A stretch of DNA of 64,000 nt, taken from a virus. Its lineage: Duplodnaviria; Heunggongvirae; Uroviricota; Caudoviricetes. The notes below the pieces were generated by a model, which did no database searches, had not been told where the DNA came from, and worked only from the letters and a program-made list of their open reading frames with translations. The translations under genes were made by a program, and so were the position numbers. Where the stretch lies: positions 1-64,000 of the IMG/VR virus record IMGVR_UViG_3300032213_000610. One strand, 5' to 3'. Shown one piece after another: positions 17,877 to 28,049 of this stretch (position 1 is the stretch's first letter; each line of letters opens with the position of its first letter).

Positions 17877-20461
17877 TGGCAATTATACGGTATACAAAAG
17901 ATGCTACGATTAGGTATGCATATTTAAATATATTTCCAGATCAGTTCAAAACTGAGAAGGAGAAGCAAGATGAGAGTTGGATTAAAAACACAATGGATTA
18001 TTTTGCCAACAAATCATACGCTGAGTATGTGAAGAACAGAGACACCTTTGTCAAGAACTATGATCTTGTCAAGGGTATTTTGCGTATGGAGGACTTCTAT
18101 CAAGAGCCTGTTGTAAGTAGCTTTACACAAACATTAGAAGCTAACTTAAATCTTCCTTCGTATGTGAAGATGTATTCTATCATTACCACTCCTCTTAATG
18201 AGTTGGTTGGAGAGATTTCTAAAAGACCAGATGCTTTCCGTGTGAAGGCATTTGATGATGATAGCCAAGCTGAAGAACTAGAATTCAAAACTGGTATTCT
18301 ACAGGAATACATTATTAATCAAGCTAAACAAAAGATATTACAGAAAGCTGATTTACAAGGAGCTGAATTAGAAGAAGAAGAGCTTGAGCAAATGACAATG
18401 GAACAAGTGAAAGATGAGCTTGATAGCTATACATCTATCGCTGAGAAGTGGGCTAACCATATTCTTACATGTCAGAAGGCAGAGTTTAATCTTAAGGAGA
18501 AATCAGAAGATGCCTTCAGAGATATGTTGATTTCAGCTAGAGAGTTCTATCATATATATGAGGACAACTCAAAGCTTGGATTTAACATTGAGGTGGCTAA
18601 CCCTAAGAACACTTGGTTCCTAACTACACCAGATAGAAAGTATGTTTCAGATCCTACAGGTAGAGCACAAGGAGCATACGCTGCTGGTATTGTACAGGTG
18701 ATGGAACTATCTGAGATAATTGAGGCTATCCCTGATTTAACTAAAGATGAAATAGATCACTTACGTAGTTCTTTACAAGACTATGGTTTGATCAATGTAC
18801 GTGAATCAAATCTTGGTAATCCAAATGCGACACCTGGTATTGATTCAGTACAATATGATACATATGATCCATTAGTTCTACAAACTAGAATGATCATTGA
18901 ATCAGAGATGAAAGAGAACGATGATGGACTTAAAGACTTCTTGGGTCTTACATCTAATGTAAGCTCATTTGGTTATAAGTATGTGGTGGTTAGAGCTTAT
19001 TGGATCTCTAAGAAGAAGATTGGTAAGTTAATCTATACAGATGAAATGGGCAATGAGCAATCTATGCTTGTTGATGAAAACTATAAGAGTAAGACAATCC
19101 CTACAGAGATTTCTCTAGAATGGGGTTGGATTAACCAATGGTATCAGGGTATTAAGATTGGTCCAGACATATACCACATTAAACCATACAAATTATTAAG
19201 CTATTGCCCTATCATTGGATTAGTTCATGAGGTTAAGAATACAGAAGCTAAAAGCTTAGTAGACTTAATGAAACCATTCCAAGTGTTATATAATGTATGT
19301 ATGAACCAGCTTTACACACTTCTTGAGAAGGAAGTTGGTAAGGTGTATCTAACATCCATCAGACATATTCCTGTTCCTAAGGACGGTGATGCTCAAGATG
19401 CTTTAGATATTTGGGAACTAGAAGCTCGTAACAGAGGGGTTGTATTTATTGATGACTCTCCTGAAAACTTAAAGAGCCCTTCTAGCTTCAACCAGTTTAG
19501 AGATATTGACCTTACACGTACGCAGGAGATTCAATCTCGTTACACATTAGCTATGCAACTTAAGCAAGAGTGTTGGGAACTTGTAGGTATGTCTAAACAA
19601 AGAATGGGATCTATATCAGCTAGTGAGAGTGCTACAGGTACAAACACAGCTATTACACAGTCTTATTCTCAAACAGAACCTTTATTCGTAGCTCATGAGT
19701 ATGTTCTTGGTCAATTGTACCAAGCTATCATTGATGCTGCTTTATATGTAGAATCTAGTAAACCACAATCCACCCTATCATACATTACATCTGATGGAGA
19801 GTCTGCTTTCGTACAGGTGAATGGAACTGATCTCAGATTCCGTGACCTTAAGGTGTTCTTAACCAATCGTCCTGAAGATCAGAAAATGTTTAACGAATTG
19901 CGTGGATTGTCTCAAGCTGTTATACAAAATGGTGGTTCATTACATGACATCATTGAACTTTACAGCACTGATTCTGTACGTAAGATGAAGAAGGTGTTCA
20001 AGAGTCTTAAGGATAAGCAAGATGCTATGCAACAACAACAGTTGGATATGCAACAGCAACAACAAGAGCAACAACAAGAACAAGTTATGGCTCAATTACA
20101 ACAGGCTCAAGAAATTCAAGATAAGCAATTGGCTAATGATAACTACCAAGCTGAGCTTGATAGAATCAATAAGAAAGAGATTGCTCTTATTGCTGCTGAA
20201 TCAAAGTCAGGTCCTCTATCTGATATGGATACATCAGGAGTTCCAGATGTATTGGAAATCAGCAAGTTAGCGTTTGAGCAATCAAAAGCTGCTAAGGATT
20301 ACCAAGCAAAGATTAACGATATTCAATCTAAAAATACATTAGCTGCCCAGAAACTAAAAATTGAAAAGGAGAAAAATCAAATAGCTAGAGAGAATATGGC
20401 AAATGATTTAGCTGTTGCTAAAGTGAATGCTAAGAACAGAGCAAGTAAGAAAACTAAGTAA
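17876..20461 (+). CDS. portal protein with C-terminal Q-rich coiled-coil extension
   Basis: 861 aa, directly downstream of terL. C-terminus …QQQQLDMQQQQQEQQQEQVMAQLQQAQ… Assigned by position and size only. Confidence 0.5.
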   Translation: MAIIRYTKDATIRYAYLNIFPDQFKTEKEKQDESWIKNTMDYFANKSYAEYVKNRDTFVKNYDLVKGILRMEDFYQEPVVSSFTQTLEANLNLPSYVKMYSIITTPLNELVGEISKRPDAFRVKAFDDDSQAEELEFKTGILQEYIINQAKQKILQKADLQGAELEEEELEQMTMEQVKDELDSYTSIAEKWANHILTCQKAEFNLKEKSEDAFRDMLISAREFYHIYEDNSKLGFNIEVANPKNTWFLTTPDRKYVSDPTGRAQGAYAAGIVQVMELSEIIEAIPDLTKDEIDHLRSSLQDYGLINVRESNLGNPNATPGIDSVQYDTYDPLVLQTRMIIESEMKENDDGLKDFLGLTSNVSSFGYKYVVVRAYWISKKKIGKLIYTDEMGNEQSMLVDENYKSKTIPTEISLEWGWINQWYQGIKIGPDIYHIKPYKLLSYCPIIGLVHEVKNTEAKSLVDLMKPFQVLYNVCMNQLYTLLEKEVGKVYLTSIRHIPVPKDGDAQDALDIWELEARNRGVVFIDDSPENLKSPSSFNQFRDIDLTRTQEIQSRYTLAMQLKQECWELVGMSKQRMGSISASESATGTNTAITQSYSQTEPLFVAHEYVLGQLYQAIIDAALYVESSKPQSTLSYITSDGESAFVQVNGTDLRFRDLKVFLTNRPEDQKMFNELRGLSQAVIQNGGSLHDIIELYSTDSVRKMKKVFKSLKDKQDAMQQQQLDMQQQQQEQQQEQVMAQLQQAQEIQDKQLANDNYQAELDRINKKEIALIAAESKSGPLSDMDTSGVPDVLEISKLAFEQSKAAKDYQAKINDIQSKNTLAAQKLKIEKEKNQIARENMANDLAVAKVNAKNRASKKTK
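20020..20100 (+). repeat. CAA/CAG repeat encoding a poly-Gln coiled-coil in the portal C-terminus
   Basis: caacaacaacagttggatatgcaacagcaacaacaagagcaacaacaagaacaa. Confidence 0.7.
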
Positions 20462-20463
20462 TT

Positions 20464-20994
20464 ATGTTAGATAGGCTGATTGACGTTGTGTTACAATTTG
20501 GCTCAGACGTACTCCCTGGTATTATTATTAGGGATTACGAGGAGGCTGTACTTCTAAGATTTGGTAAATTTAAAAAGGTGTTAAAACCTGGATTCCATCC
20601 AAAGATACCATTTGTAGATGAAGTGATTGAGCAACATGTCGTTGTGACAACATTAAGTCTTCCAGCACAATCTTTGTATACTAGTGATAGACAGAACATT
20701 GTTGTCAAGGGTGTAATCAAATACAAGATATCAGATGTTAAAACATTCCTGTTAGAAGTGTTTGATGCCCAAGATGCAATAGCTGACATGTCACAAAGTG
20801 TCATAAAAAATGTAATCATGTCTATGTCCCTGGAAGAATGTACGGATGCGGAACTTGATAACACATTAACCAAGAAGGTAAGGGTTGAAGCAAGGAAGTG
20901 GGGTGTTGAAATTCAACAAGTTACGCTCACTGATCTAGCTCCAATTAAGAGTTATAGGCTAATAAATGACACAATTACAAACAATCTTGATTAG
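20464..20994 (+). CDS. SPFH / band-7 (stomatin/prohibitin-like) domain protein
   Basis: EEAVLLRFGKFKKVLKPGFHPKIPFVDEV…VTTLSL…NIVVKGVIKYKI matches the SPFH-domain pattern. Confidence 0.6.
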   Translation: MLDRLIDVVLQFGSDVLPGIIIRDYEEAVLLRFGKFKKVLKPGFHPKIPFVDEVIEQHVVVTTLSLPAQSLYTSDRQNIVVKGVIKYKISDVKTFLLEVFDAQDAIADMSQSVIKNVIMSMSLEECTDAELDNTLTKKVRVEARKWGVEIQQVTLTDLAPIKSYRLINDTITNNLD

Positions 20995-21115
20995 AGTGAA
21001 TTACATTAATGCTATATTATCGTGAATAATGAGCCTTATAGTGCACTACCTCTTTGGTATTAAATTAGAATAATATACTTTTACATCTGAAAACCAATAA
21101 TAAAACAAACTACAT

Positions 21116-22381
21116 ATGGCTGAAAATCTAGAAAACCCATCAATGGGAAACTTTAGTATTCAAGATACTATGGAAATGGGTATGGGAAACCAAGAGCTTT
21201 TAAGTGATTTATTTGCTCCTGAAACTTCTACCAGCAATCCTGATGATATCCAAGATATTAAAGATGAACCTGCTCCTGCACCTAAACCTGCAAAGAAGAC
21301 AGTAGCTCCTGTTACTACAGAAGAGAATGATGAGGAAAAGAAAGAAGATGATAAAAAATCTTTACAGGACTTTTTACTAGGTGGAGATGATGAAGAGGAT
21401 GAGGATGAAGATAATTCTCCTGCTCCAACTCCCAAAGCAAAAGCTCCTGTAGATACAAATGATGATGATGATGATGAAGCAGATGGTGATGAGCCAGCTA
21501 GTGCATTTACATCTTTATCTAAAGACCTTTTCAAACTTGGTGTATTCACCAATGATGAAGATGAAGAAGAAGCTGCAATCTCTACTCCTGAAGAATTTCT
21601 TGAGCGTTTCCAAGCTGAGAAGAAGAAAGGAGCTATTGAAGTGGTAAATAACTTCATTGGTCAATTTGGAGAAGATTATCAACAAGCGTTTGATGCCATA
21701 TTTGTAAAAGGAGTAGATCCAAAAGAGTATTTCGGTACTTATAATAATATAAAGAGTTTTGCTGAGATGGACTTAGCAGACGAATCTAACCAAGTTGCAG
21801 TAATTAAACAAGCCCTCAACGATCAAGGATTTGATCCTGAGGATGTTGTAACAGAAGTTGAAAGACTTAAGAATTATGGTGATTTGGAAACTGTTGCTAC
21901 TAAACACCACAAAGTGTTGGTTAAGAAAGAAGCTGCAAAGCTTCAAGAAATGGAGCAAGAGAATGAAAGAAGATTACAACAGCAAGCTGCTGTTAAACAA
22001 CAATACTTTCAAAACGTTCAGTCAGTATTACAAGATAAACTAAAAACAAAAGAGTTTGACGGTATTCCTCTGAACCCTAAATTGGCTGGTGAACTACAAG
22101 ATTTCCTGTTAGTAGATAAGTATAAGACAGCATCTGGTGAGACTCTCACAGATTTTGATCGCACTATTCTAGAACTTAAACGTCCTGAAAACCATGCAAC
22201 AAAGGTTAAGATTGGACTTTTATTAAAGATTTTAGAAAAGGACCCTACTCTATCTACAATACAAAAGACTGGTATCACCAAAAAGTCAAATGAATTGTTT
22301 GGTGAAGTTGCTAGACAAGTTAGCAAAAGTTCTACAAAAACAGGAAATAAGCCTAAGCCTACAACTTCATGGTTTCAATAA
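21116..22381 (+). CDS. acidic coiled-coil protein, putative scaffolding protein
   Basis: 421 aa. Long D/E runs (DDEEDEDEDNSP…DDDDDEADGDE). Sits between portal and capsid genes. The antisense ORF 21160..21657 is spurious. Confidence 0.45.
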   Translation: MAENLENPSMGNFSIQDTMEMGMGNQELLSDLFAPETSTSNPDDIQDIKDEPAPAPKPAKKTVAPVTTEENDEEKKEDDKKSLQDFLLGGDDEEDEDEDNSPAPTPKAKAPVDTNDDDDDEADGDEPASAFTSLSKDLFKLGVFTNDEDEEEAAISTPEEFLERFQAEKKKGAIEVVNNFIGQFGEDYQQAFDAIFVKGVDPKEYFGTYNNIKSFAEMDLADESNQVAVIKQALNDQGFDPEDVVTEVERLKNYGDLETVATKHHKVLVKKEAAKLQEMEQENERRLQQQAAVKQQYFQNVQSVLQDKLKTKEFDGIPLNPKLAGELQDFLLVDKYKTASGETLTDFDRTILELKRPENHATKVKIGLLLKILEKDPTLSTIQKTGITKKSNELFGEVARQVSKSSTKTGNKPKPTTSWFQ

Positions 22382-22415
22382 ACAATTTATAAACATTAAT
22401 TAAAAAAATAACAAA

Positions 22416-23969
22416 ATGGCAATTCAAACAATTCCAGGTTTAACTGGCTTTACGTATGCTCGCGTTGCGTCTATGGACAAGCGTGCAGTGGGTAAGTTGA
22501 CAGATTCTAACCACTTGGAAAGCTTTCACTCAACTGAGCCAGCAGATTATGATAAGAAAATTATCAGTTTGTATACTCAGAGTTCTCTTTACAGTAATGA
22601 CTTCTTGGATATGATTAACAAGAGCACTCCTTACTATATCGATAATAACAGTGATGCTTGGAAGTGGCAAGTACAAGTTCCTTACAAGTTTCCAAAAATC
22701 ATTGACATCCCTGATACCACTCTAGCTTTAGATAAGCCAGGTATCGATGGTCAAGAGTTTTCTCTTGTAATTGACACAAATGAGTTCTCTAAGAACGCTA
22801 TTGTTTCTGTAGGTACTCGTCAGTATGGTCCTCGTTTCTACGTTATCAAAGATCCTCAACCTTGGAACGCTGGTTTCTTGTACACATTCACTCTTGTGAC
22901 TGACAACCCTCAAGTAGATTACGTAAGTGCTACTTTCTTACAAACTGGTATCGAACTAGAATTAGTTGATGCTGCTATCGGTGAATTCGATCAAGACTTA
23001 TTAGGTCTTCCTCGTTTAGGTGAGCAAATCACTATGTTTGAATCTTTAGGTTCTGCATATGGTTATGAGCACAAAATCACTGAGTGGGCTGATGACAAAA
23101 TGATGCGTGATGCTTCTGGTAAGCCTCTTGACATCTTAGTATATGCTCCACAAAGACGTAACCAATTACCTTTAACTCGTAACGATGTTAAGTGGGAACC
23201 ATTTATTGAGTTCTGGATGCGTAAGTCTATGTTAGAATTAAAAGTTAAGCGTATGATCTGGGCTAAGCCTGGTACCGTGAAGACTAATGGTTCTAAGCAA
23301 GAATTAAAGCGTACATCTGCTGGTGTATACCACAGAATGCGTAACAACGGTAACTTAGTACAATACAACCGTGGTGAGTTCACTGCAAACTTGATTCGTT
23401 CAGTGTTTGGTGACTTATTCTACAGACGTGTTGATGTTAAGGATCGTAGAGTTAAAATGTACACTAACGAAGCTGGTTTCGATGTGTTCCAACAAGCTCT
23501 TAAAAATGATGCACTTAATTCTGGTTTAACTTTCATGGCTGATTCTGGTAATCGCTACATGCAAGGAGAAGGTCAACACATCACTTACAACTTTGCATTC
23601 GATGCAATGGTTACACGTGAAACAGGTCGTGTTGAACTAATTCACTTAAAAGAATTAGACCTTCCTCAAACTAACTTAGAATTCGGTCAGAACAAAAAAT
23701 CTACTCCTGTATTCATGGTGTTTGATGTATCTCCAATGAGCGATGGTTCAATGGTAAACAACATCCGTGAAGTACGTATGAAGGGTGCTCCTTCAATGAC
23801 TTGGGGTTATATCGATGGAACTCGTCACCACTTAGGTTTTGCTAAGTCTCAAGGTATGAGTTCTGCGAACAAATTCCCTGGTTATGAGATTTGGATGAAA
23901 GACCGTTGTGATGTATTCATTGAAGATTTATCACGTACAGTATTAATCGAAGAAATACCACAATTCTAA
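22416..23969 (+). CDS. major capsid protein (putative)
   Basis: 517 aa directly after the scaffold-like gene. Marked bias for highly-expressed codons (cgt, ggt, tct, gct, aac, ttc). Followed by a GC-rich hairpin. Confidence 0.55.
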   Translation: MAIQTIPGLTGFTYARVASMDKRAVGKLTDSNHLESFHSTEPADYDKKIISLYTQSSLYSNDFLDMINKSTPYYIDNNSDAWKWQVQVPYKFPKIIDIPDTTLALDKPGIDGQEFSLVIDTNEFSKNAIVSVGTRQYGPRFYVIKDPQPWNAGFLYTFTLVTDNPQVDYVSATFLQTGIELELVDAAIGEFDQDLLGLPRLGEQITMFESLGSAYGYEHKITEWADDKMMRDASGKPLDILVYAPQRRNQLPLTRNDVKWEPFIEFWMRKSMLELKVKRMIWAKPGTVKTNGSKQELKRTSAGVYHRMRNNGNLVQYNRGEFTANLIRSVFGDLFYRRVDVKDRRVKMYTNEAGFDVFQQALKNDALNSGLTFMADSGNRYMQGEGQHITYNFAFDAMVTRETGRVELIHLKELDLPQTNLEFGQNKKSTPVFMVFDVSPMSDGSMVNNIREVRMKGAPSMTWGYIDGTRHHLGFAKSQGMSSANKFPGYEIWMKDRCDVFIEDLSRTVLIEEIPQF

Positions 23970-24129
23970 TCTAACGATTAGGCATAACCTACCGAGAAGA
24001 ATTCCCCCCCACTACTCCACGTGGGGGAGTCTTCTCACACAGATGGATGGATACAGATTACATGTTTGTATTGCACTCTCTTCGCTGAGAACCCATCTGC
24101 AAAAATAAACCAAACAAAAACAACTACAT

Positions 24130-25098
24130 ATGGGTAAGATAGGAAAAATCTCTACATTAAAGAAAGATTACAACAACTCTCAGTTACAAACTATGCAGGG
24201 TGGACTTGCACAGAAAGGCTTAACTAGAATCCCTGGAACAGGTGTATTTAAGTATCCTTACAAGGAACTTGATGGACAGTACAGAACTGGTTTAGATCCT
24301 AATGCTACATACATCCGTAGGATGGGTGATAGTCTTGAAAGAGAAATGGAAGTTGAAAGAGTTACAGCACTTAAAAAGAAACTTGAAGCTTCTTTGGGTG
24401 ATGTTGATTTAGGTCCTCGTTCTAGTTTCTGGAACTATGGATTGTCTACATCTACAGATGATACATTACATGTACAAGCTGTTAAGTTGATGGATGGTGA
24501 TAACTACTTTGATTTCTCTAATCCTTTTCAAGAATTAGCTTTTGCATGGTTAAGAGTTCATCCAACAATTGCCTCTAGCTATCAGGCTTGGGAACGTGGT
24601 GAAGTTCCTGCAGATACACAATTTTACGTTGCTGATGATGAAATTGAAAATGCAGTGATATTCAAGAAGAAACAATTGATCAACAAGGCTATTGTCAAGT
24701 TTGATTCAATGAGTCCTGAGAAGAAGCGTAAGGTGGCAAGATTGTTAGGATTACCTGTTACAGAAGACACTAAAGAAGATTCTGTATACAACCAGGTAGA
24801 TAACCTATTAAAACAAACAGAATTCAAGAATGGTAAACATGCTGGTTTAAACCCTGTAGAGGTGTTCAGCAGATTTGCAGATATGAAGGAAAACTTACTC
24901 CATATTAAAGACTTGGTTAAGCAAGCCATTGCTCACTCAGTATATCGTTTAAAACCTAATGGTAAGGTGTACGAAGGTGAATTTGAGATTGCTAAGGATG
25001 AAGATGATTTAGTTAAATTCCTTGCTGATGAAGATAACCAAGACGAATTATTAACCTTGGAAGGAAAATTAAAAACTAAGAAAATAGCTTCTGTATGA
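24130..25098 (+). CDS. virion structural protein (322 aa)
   Basis: ORF in the late block. Shares the upstream motif ACAAACTACATATGG with the gene at 21116. Confidence 0.45.
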   Translation: MGKIGKISTLKKDYNNSQLQTMQGGLAQKGLTRIPGTGVFKYPYKELDGQYRTGLDPNATYIRRMGDSLEREMEVERVTALKKKLEASLGDVDLGPRSSFWNYGLSTSTDDTLHVQAVKLMDGDNYFDFSNPFQELAFAWLRVHPTIASSYQAWERGEVPADTQFYVADDEIENAVIFKKKQLINKAIVKFDSMSPEKKRKVARLLGLPVTEDTKEDSVYNQVDNLLKQTEFKNGKHAGLNPVEVFSRFADMKENLLHIKDLVKQAIAHSVYRLKPNGKVYEGEFEIAKDEDDLVKFLADEDNQDELLTLEGKLKTKKIASV

Positions 25099-25826
25099 TA
25101 CCCGTAGATAGTTTATTATATAAAATTGACCAGAAACTAAATAAACTATCGACTAACGAGCATCAACAAATTCAATTGGAAGATAAGATTTTAGCTTTGA
25201 ATGAAGCTCAGATCAAGTTGATTAAACAGAAGGTTGACGGTCAAAACACAGTTTCTGGTTTAGGTCTAGATGCTTTTAAAAAGCGTTATGAAGACCTACA
25301 AAGTTTGGTGGTAAATTATAACCATCAACCCCTAGATTTAACATTGCTAAATGCTGAGTTAAATCAATGGAAAGCAAACATACACTTACTCACTCCAAAA
25401 TACATGTTCTATATAGATAGTTATGTACTTGCAGATAAGGGTAGATGTACAGATAGAAAAATATGGATTAATAGAGATCTTGCTAAGCATGGCGATTTGC
25501 AATTTTGCTTAACTAACACTCACTATAGACCATCATTTGAATATCAAGAAACGTTTAATTCTATATCTTCTGATGAGATTTCTGTATTTACTGATGGTAC
25601 ATTTACACCTAAGCAAATATACGTATCATACATGAGATACCCAGTGTATATTAATAAGACTGGATATGTTATGTTAGATGGACAGGATTCTTACGATCAA
25701 AACTGTGAACTAGAAACATACCTGGAAGATGAGTTGTTAGACTTAACAGTTCAAAATCTAGCAATGTATACAGAGAATCAATCTGCAGTTCAAAGTGCTC
25801 AGTTTAGAATTCAGACAAACGAATAG
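25095..25826 (+). CDS. virion structural protein (243 aa)
   Basis: ORF with a 4-nt overlap with the upstream gene. Confidence 0.45.
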   Translation: MIPVDSLLYKIDQKLNKLSTNEHQQIQLEDKILALNEAQIKLIKQKVDGQNTVSGLGLDAFKKRYEDLQSLVVNYNHQPLDLTLLNAELNQWKANIHLLTPKYMFYIDSYVLADKGRCTDRKIWINRDLAKHGDLQFCLTNTHYRPSFEYQETFNSISSDEISVFTDGTFTPKQIYVSYMRYPVYINKTGYVMLDGQDSYDQNCELETYLEDELLDLTVQNLAMYTENQSAVQSAQFRIQTNE

Positions 25827-25853
25827 TTATTTTCACAATTTAAATAAAACAAA

Positions 25854-27020
25854 ATGGCTGATTTTTCATTAACTACCCTCTTCGTGGTACCAGTAGGAAA
25901 CACTCTACCTAGTCCTGGTACTTCTACGCAAAACTTGACCGCAGGTCAGTTTGGCATCTTTAGAAGCGATTACTCTGTAGCTACTGCAGGTAACATTGCT
26001 GCTAAACCGTATTTCTATTTGGCTCAAGGTAGAGTTAACACTTATTTACAAGGATCTAAGCGTTCAGACAAAATTTCTGGATGTCCTACAGGTTCTTCTT
26101 GCAAATCTAACGTTACAGAATGGTACAAGGTGACTGGTAATCCAGTTGCTGCTAACCAAGTAACTCAGATTGGTAACTTTAACGTTAAAGCTGGTGAAGT
26201 TGTAACATTCACATTACGTGCTCATTCTTCTTACATTGACACATTGTATTTCAACGGTTTTACCCGTTCTATTACAGTTGTTGCTCCTTGTTTAGAGTGT
26301 GGTGGCGATCCTTGTGCAGATGTTGATGTTCCTGCTTTTATTGATCAAGCTATCTTAAAGTTTGAACAAGCTGCTCCAGGTAACAACCCTGACAACATTA
26401 GCTTCAACACTTTCTATCAATTCCAAAGAGTTGGTAACGATCAGAACGCTAAGTTAGTTATCTCTGGTAAACCATTAACTAAATATGGTCAACCATGTGA
26501 TGTTGCTGCTTTCCCTTGGGAATACGATCGTATGTACTTCCGTACTTTCGTGTACAGTGGACCAGCTACAACTGCTGACTTCATCGTTGCTGACAATTGT
26601 AACATCGTTGCTGAGGCTGTAGTTACTCAACGTGCTTCTTATGTATCTGGTACTTCAGATGAGATCAAGCAATTAGAGAAAAACTTCTATAGCTACCAAG
26701 CTGGTTACCTTAAGCATTTGTACAGAATGGTTGGTTACAACGAGAACTTTGAGTCTTGGGTAACTGATGGTACTACTTATGACACTTATTACATTAAGTT
26801 TAATGAGTATAACAGATCTGAGTATCAGTGGGGTGATTACATCTATGAAGATAGTACAGTTATTCTTGCTATCCCTAGTGGTGCAACTGCTGCAATCGAG
26901 GCAATCTTAGTTGCTGGTTTAGGTCCTGTTACTGATGATAGCGGTCCTATCACAAGTACAACTTCTACTACAACTACTGTTTGGCCTAGTACTTCAACAA
27001 CAACTACTTTGATTCCTTAA
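25854..27020 (+). CDS. structural protein with C-terminal poly-Thr tail (388 aa)
   Basis: Ends …GPITSTTSTTTTVWPSTSTTTTLIP. Followed by a rho-independent terminator. Confidence 0.5.
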   Translation: MADFSLTTLFVVPVGNTLPSPGTSTQNLTAGQFGIFRSDYSVATAGNIAAKPYFYLAQGRVNTYLQGSKRSDKISGCPTGSSCKSNVTEWYKVTGNPVAANQVTQIGNFNVKAGEVVTFTLRAHSSYIDTLYFNGFTRSITVVAPCLECGGDPCADVDVPAFIDQAILKFEQAAPGNNPDNISFNTFYQFQRVGNDQNAKLVISGKPLTKYGQPCDVAAFPWEYDRMYFRTFVYSGPATTADFIVADNCNIVAEAVVTQRASYVSGTSDEIKQLEKNFYSYQAGYLKHLYRMVGYNENFESWVTDGTTYDTYYIKFNEYNRSEYQWGDYIYEDSTVILAIPSGATAAIEAILVAGLGPVTDDSGPITSTTSTTTTVWPSTSTTTTLIP

Positions 27021-27047
27021 TAGAATACAAGTAGAATCATATAACCT

Positions 27048-27100
27048 ATGCCAGAGGGTGAGAGGATATTTCTCAAGTCCTCTGGCATATTTATTTTAAT
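27048..27100 (+). terminator. rho-independent terminator after gene 25854..27020
   Basis: Perfect 10-bp stem ATGCCAGAGG / CCTCTGGCAT with a 21-nt loop, then ATTTATTTT. Confidence 0.6.
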
Positions 27101-27103
27101 GAC

Positions 27104-27661
27104 ATGATATTAGATATACTAGTAATACCAACTTATAATACATTAACACTAGGTGTGGCTGATGCATCAATTTATGATACAGATCCTCCTGTTGTTTCTT
27201 CTCCAACTATTGAAATAACAATGCCTGGATTTGCACCTGTATTTCTACCATTTAATGTTAATGACTTTAATATATTTAATTCAGCCTCATTAGGACTTAG
27301 TGTTGTAGGAGCTCCTTTGATTCCTTTACCTGATGGAATCTATACATTAACATATTCTGTTGCTCCTGCGTACGATAACTTTGTTACTAAAACCATCATT
27401 CGTGTTGAACAACTACAAGAGAAATTTGACAATGCTTTTATGAAGCTTGATATGATGGAATGTGATCTTGCTATCAAGACACAAGCTAAGGTGGATTTAA
27501 ATAGTGTATATTACATGATTCAGGGTTCTATTGCTGCAGCTAATAACTGTGCTGTAGACACTTCTAACAAACTGTATATACAAGCAGATAGAATGCTTAA
27601 CAACTTTATTAAAACCAATTGTGGTTGTTCAGGAAATAACTACATAATTAATTTCCAATAA
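27104..27661 (+). CDS. hypothetical structural protein (185 aa)
   Basis: ORF after the terminator. Nothing recognised. Confidence 0.45.
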   Translation: MILDILVIPTYNTLTLGVADASIYDTDPPVVSSPTIEITMPGFAPVFLPFNVNDFNIFNSASLGLSVVGAPLIPLPDGIYTLTYSVAPAYDNFVTKTIIRVEQLQEKFDNAFMKLDMMECDLAIKTQAKVDLNSVYYMIQGSIAAANNCAVDTSNKLYIQADRMLNNFIKTNCGCSGNNYIINFQ

Positions 27662-27662
27662 A

Positions 27663-27806
27663 ATGGCAAACTGTAGAGACTGTGGCGTCAAAGTAGGATG
27701 TGGATGTCAATTAATTAATGGCTTATGTTCAGCATGTAACTACAAGCTGAAGCAAGCAACTCAAAGAATAAAAAATGTTATCACCAAGGCTTACAAACTG
27801 TATTGA
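27663..27806 (+). CDS. small Cys-rich protein (47 aa; not in ORF track)
   Basis: MANCRDCGVKVGCGCQLINGLCSACNYK… Three CxxC-like pairs. Fills a gap. Confidence 0.3.
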   Translation: MANCRDCGVKVGCGCQLINGLCSACNYKLKQATQRIKNVITKAYKLY

Positions 27807-28041
27807 TTGTACAACTATACCTGTACTATTAGCTGATATTGATTGCAAGTTAACAAGCTTAGCTAACAATCAATATAACAATATCGTATTCTCTTTAAAC
27901 TATCCTGTGCCAGGAGTTGTAATTGGTGATTTACTAAATTATAAAAGGATCTTGACTTACAAGTTCTGTAACCCTGACTATTGTAGTCAATTTACCGTAA
28001 AGATGATAGCGAGTAAAGTAAAAATCTTAATTCATAAATAA
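27775..28041 (+). CDS. hypothetical protein (88 aa)
   Basis: ORF. Cys-containing. Confidence 0.35.
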   Translation: MLSPRLTNCIDCTTIPVLLADIDCKLTSLANNQYNNIVFSLNYPVPGVVIGDLLNYKRILTYKFCNPDYCSQFTVKMIASKVKILIHK

Positions 28042-28049
28042 TTTATAAA

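Noticed and set aside
21160-21657. 165-aa minus-strand ORF rich in Ser (…SSSSSSSSSPPSKKS…)
   Set aside because: It is antisense to the D/E-rich scaffold-like gene, whose GAA/GAT repeats read as TCn Ser codons. Low complexity makes it spurious.
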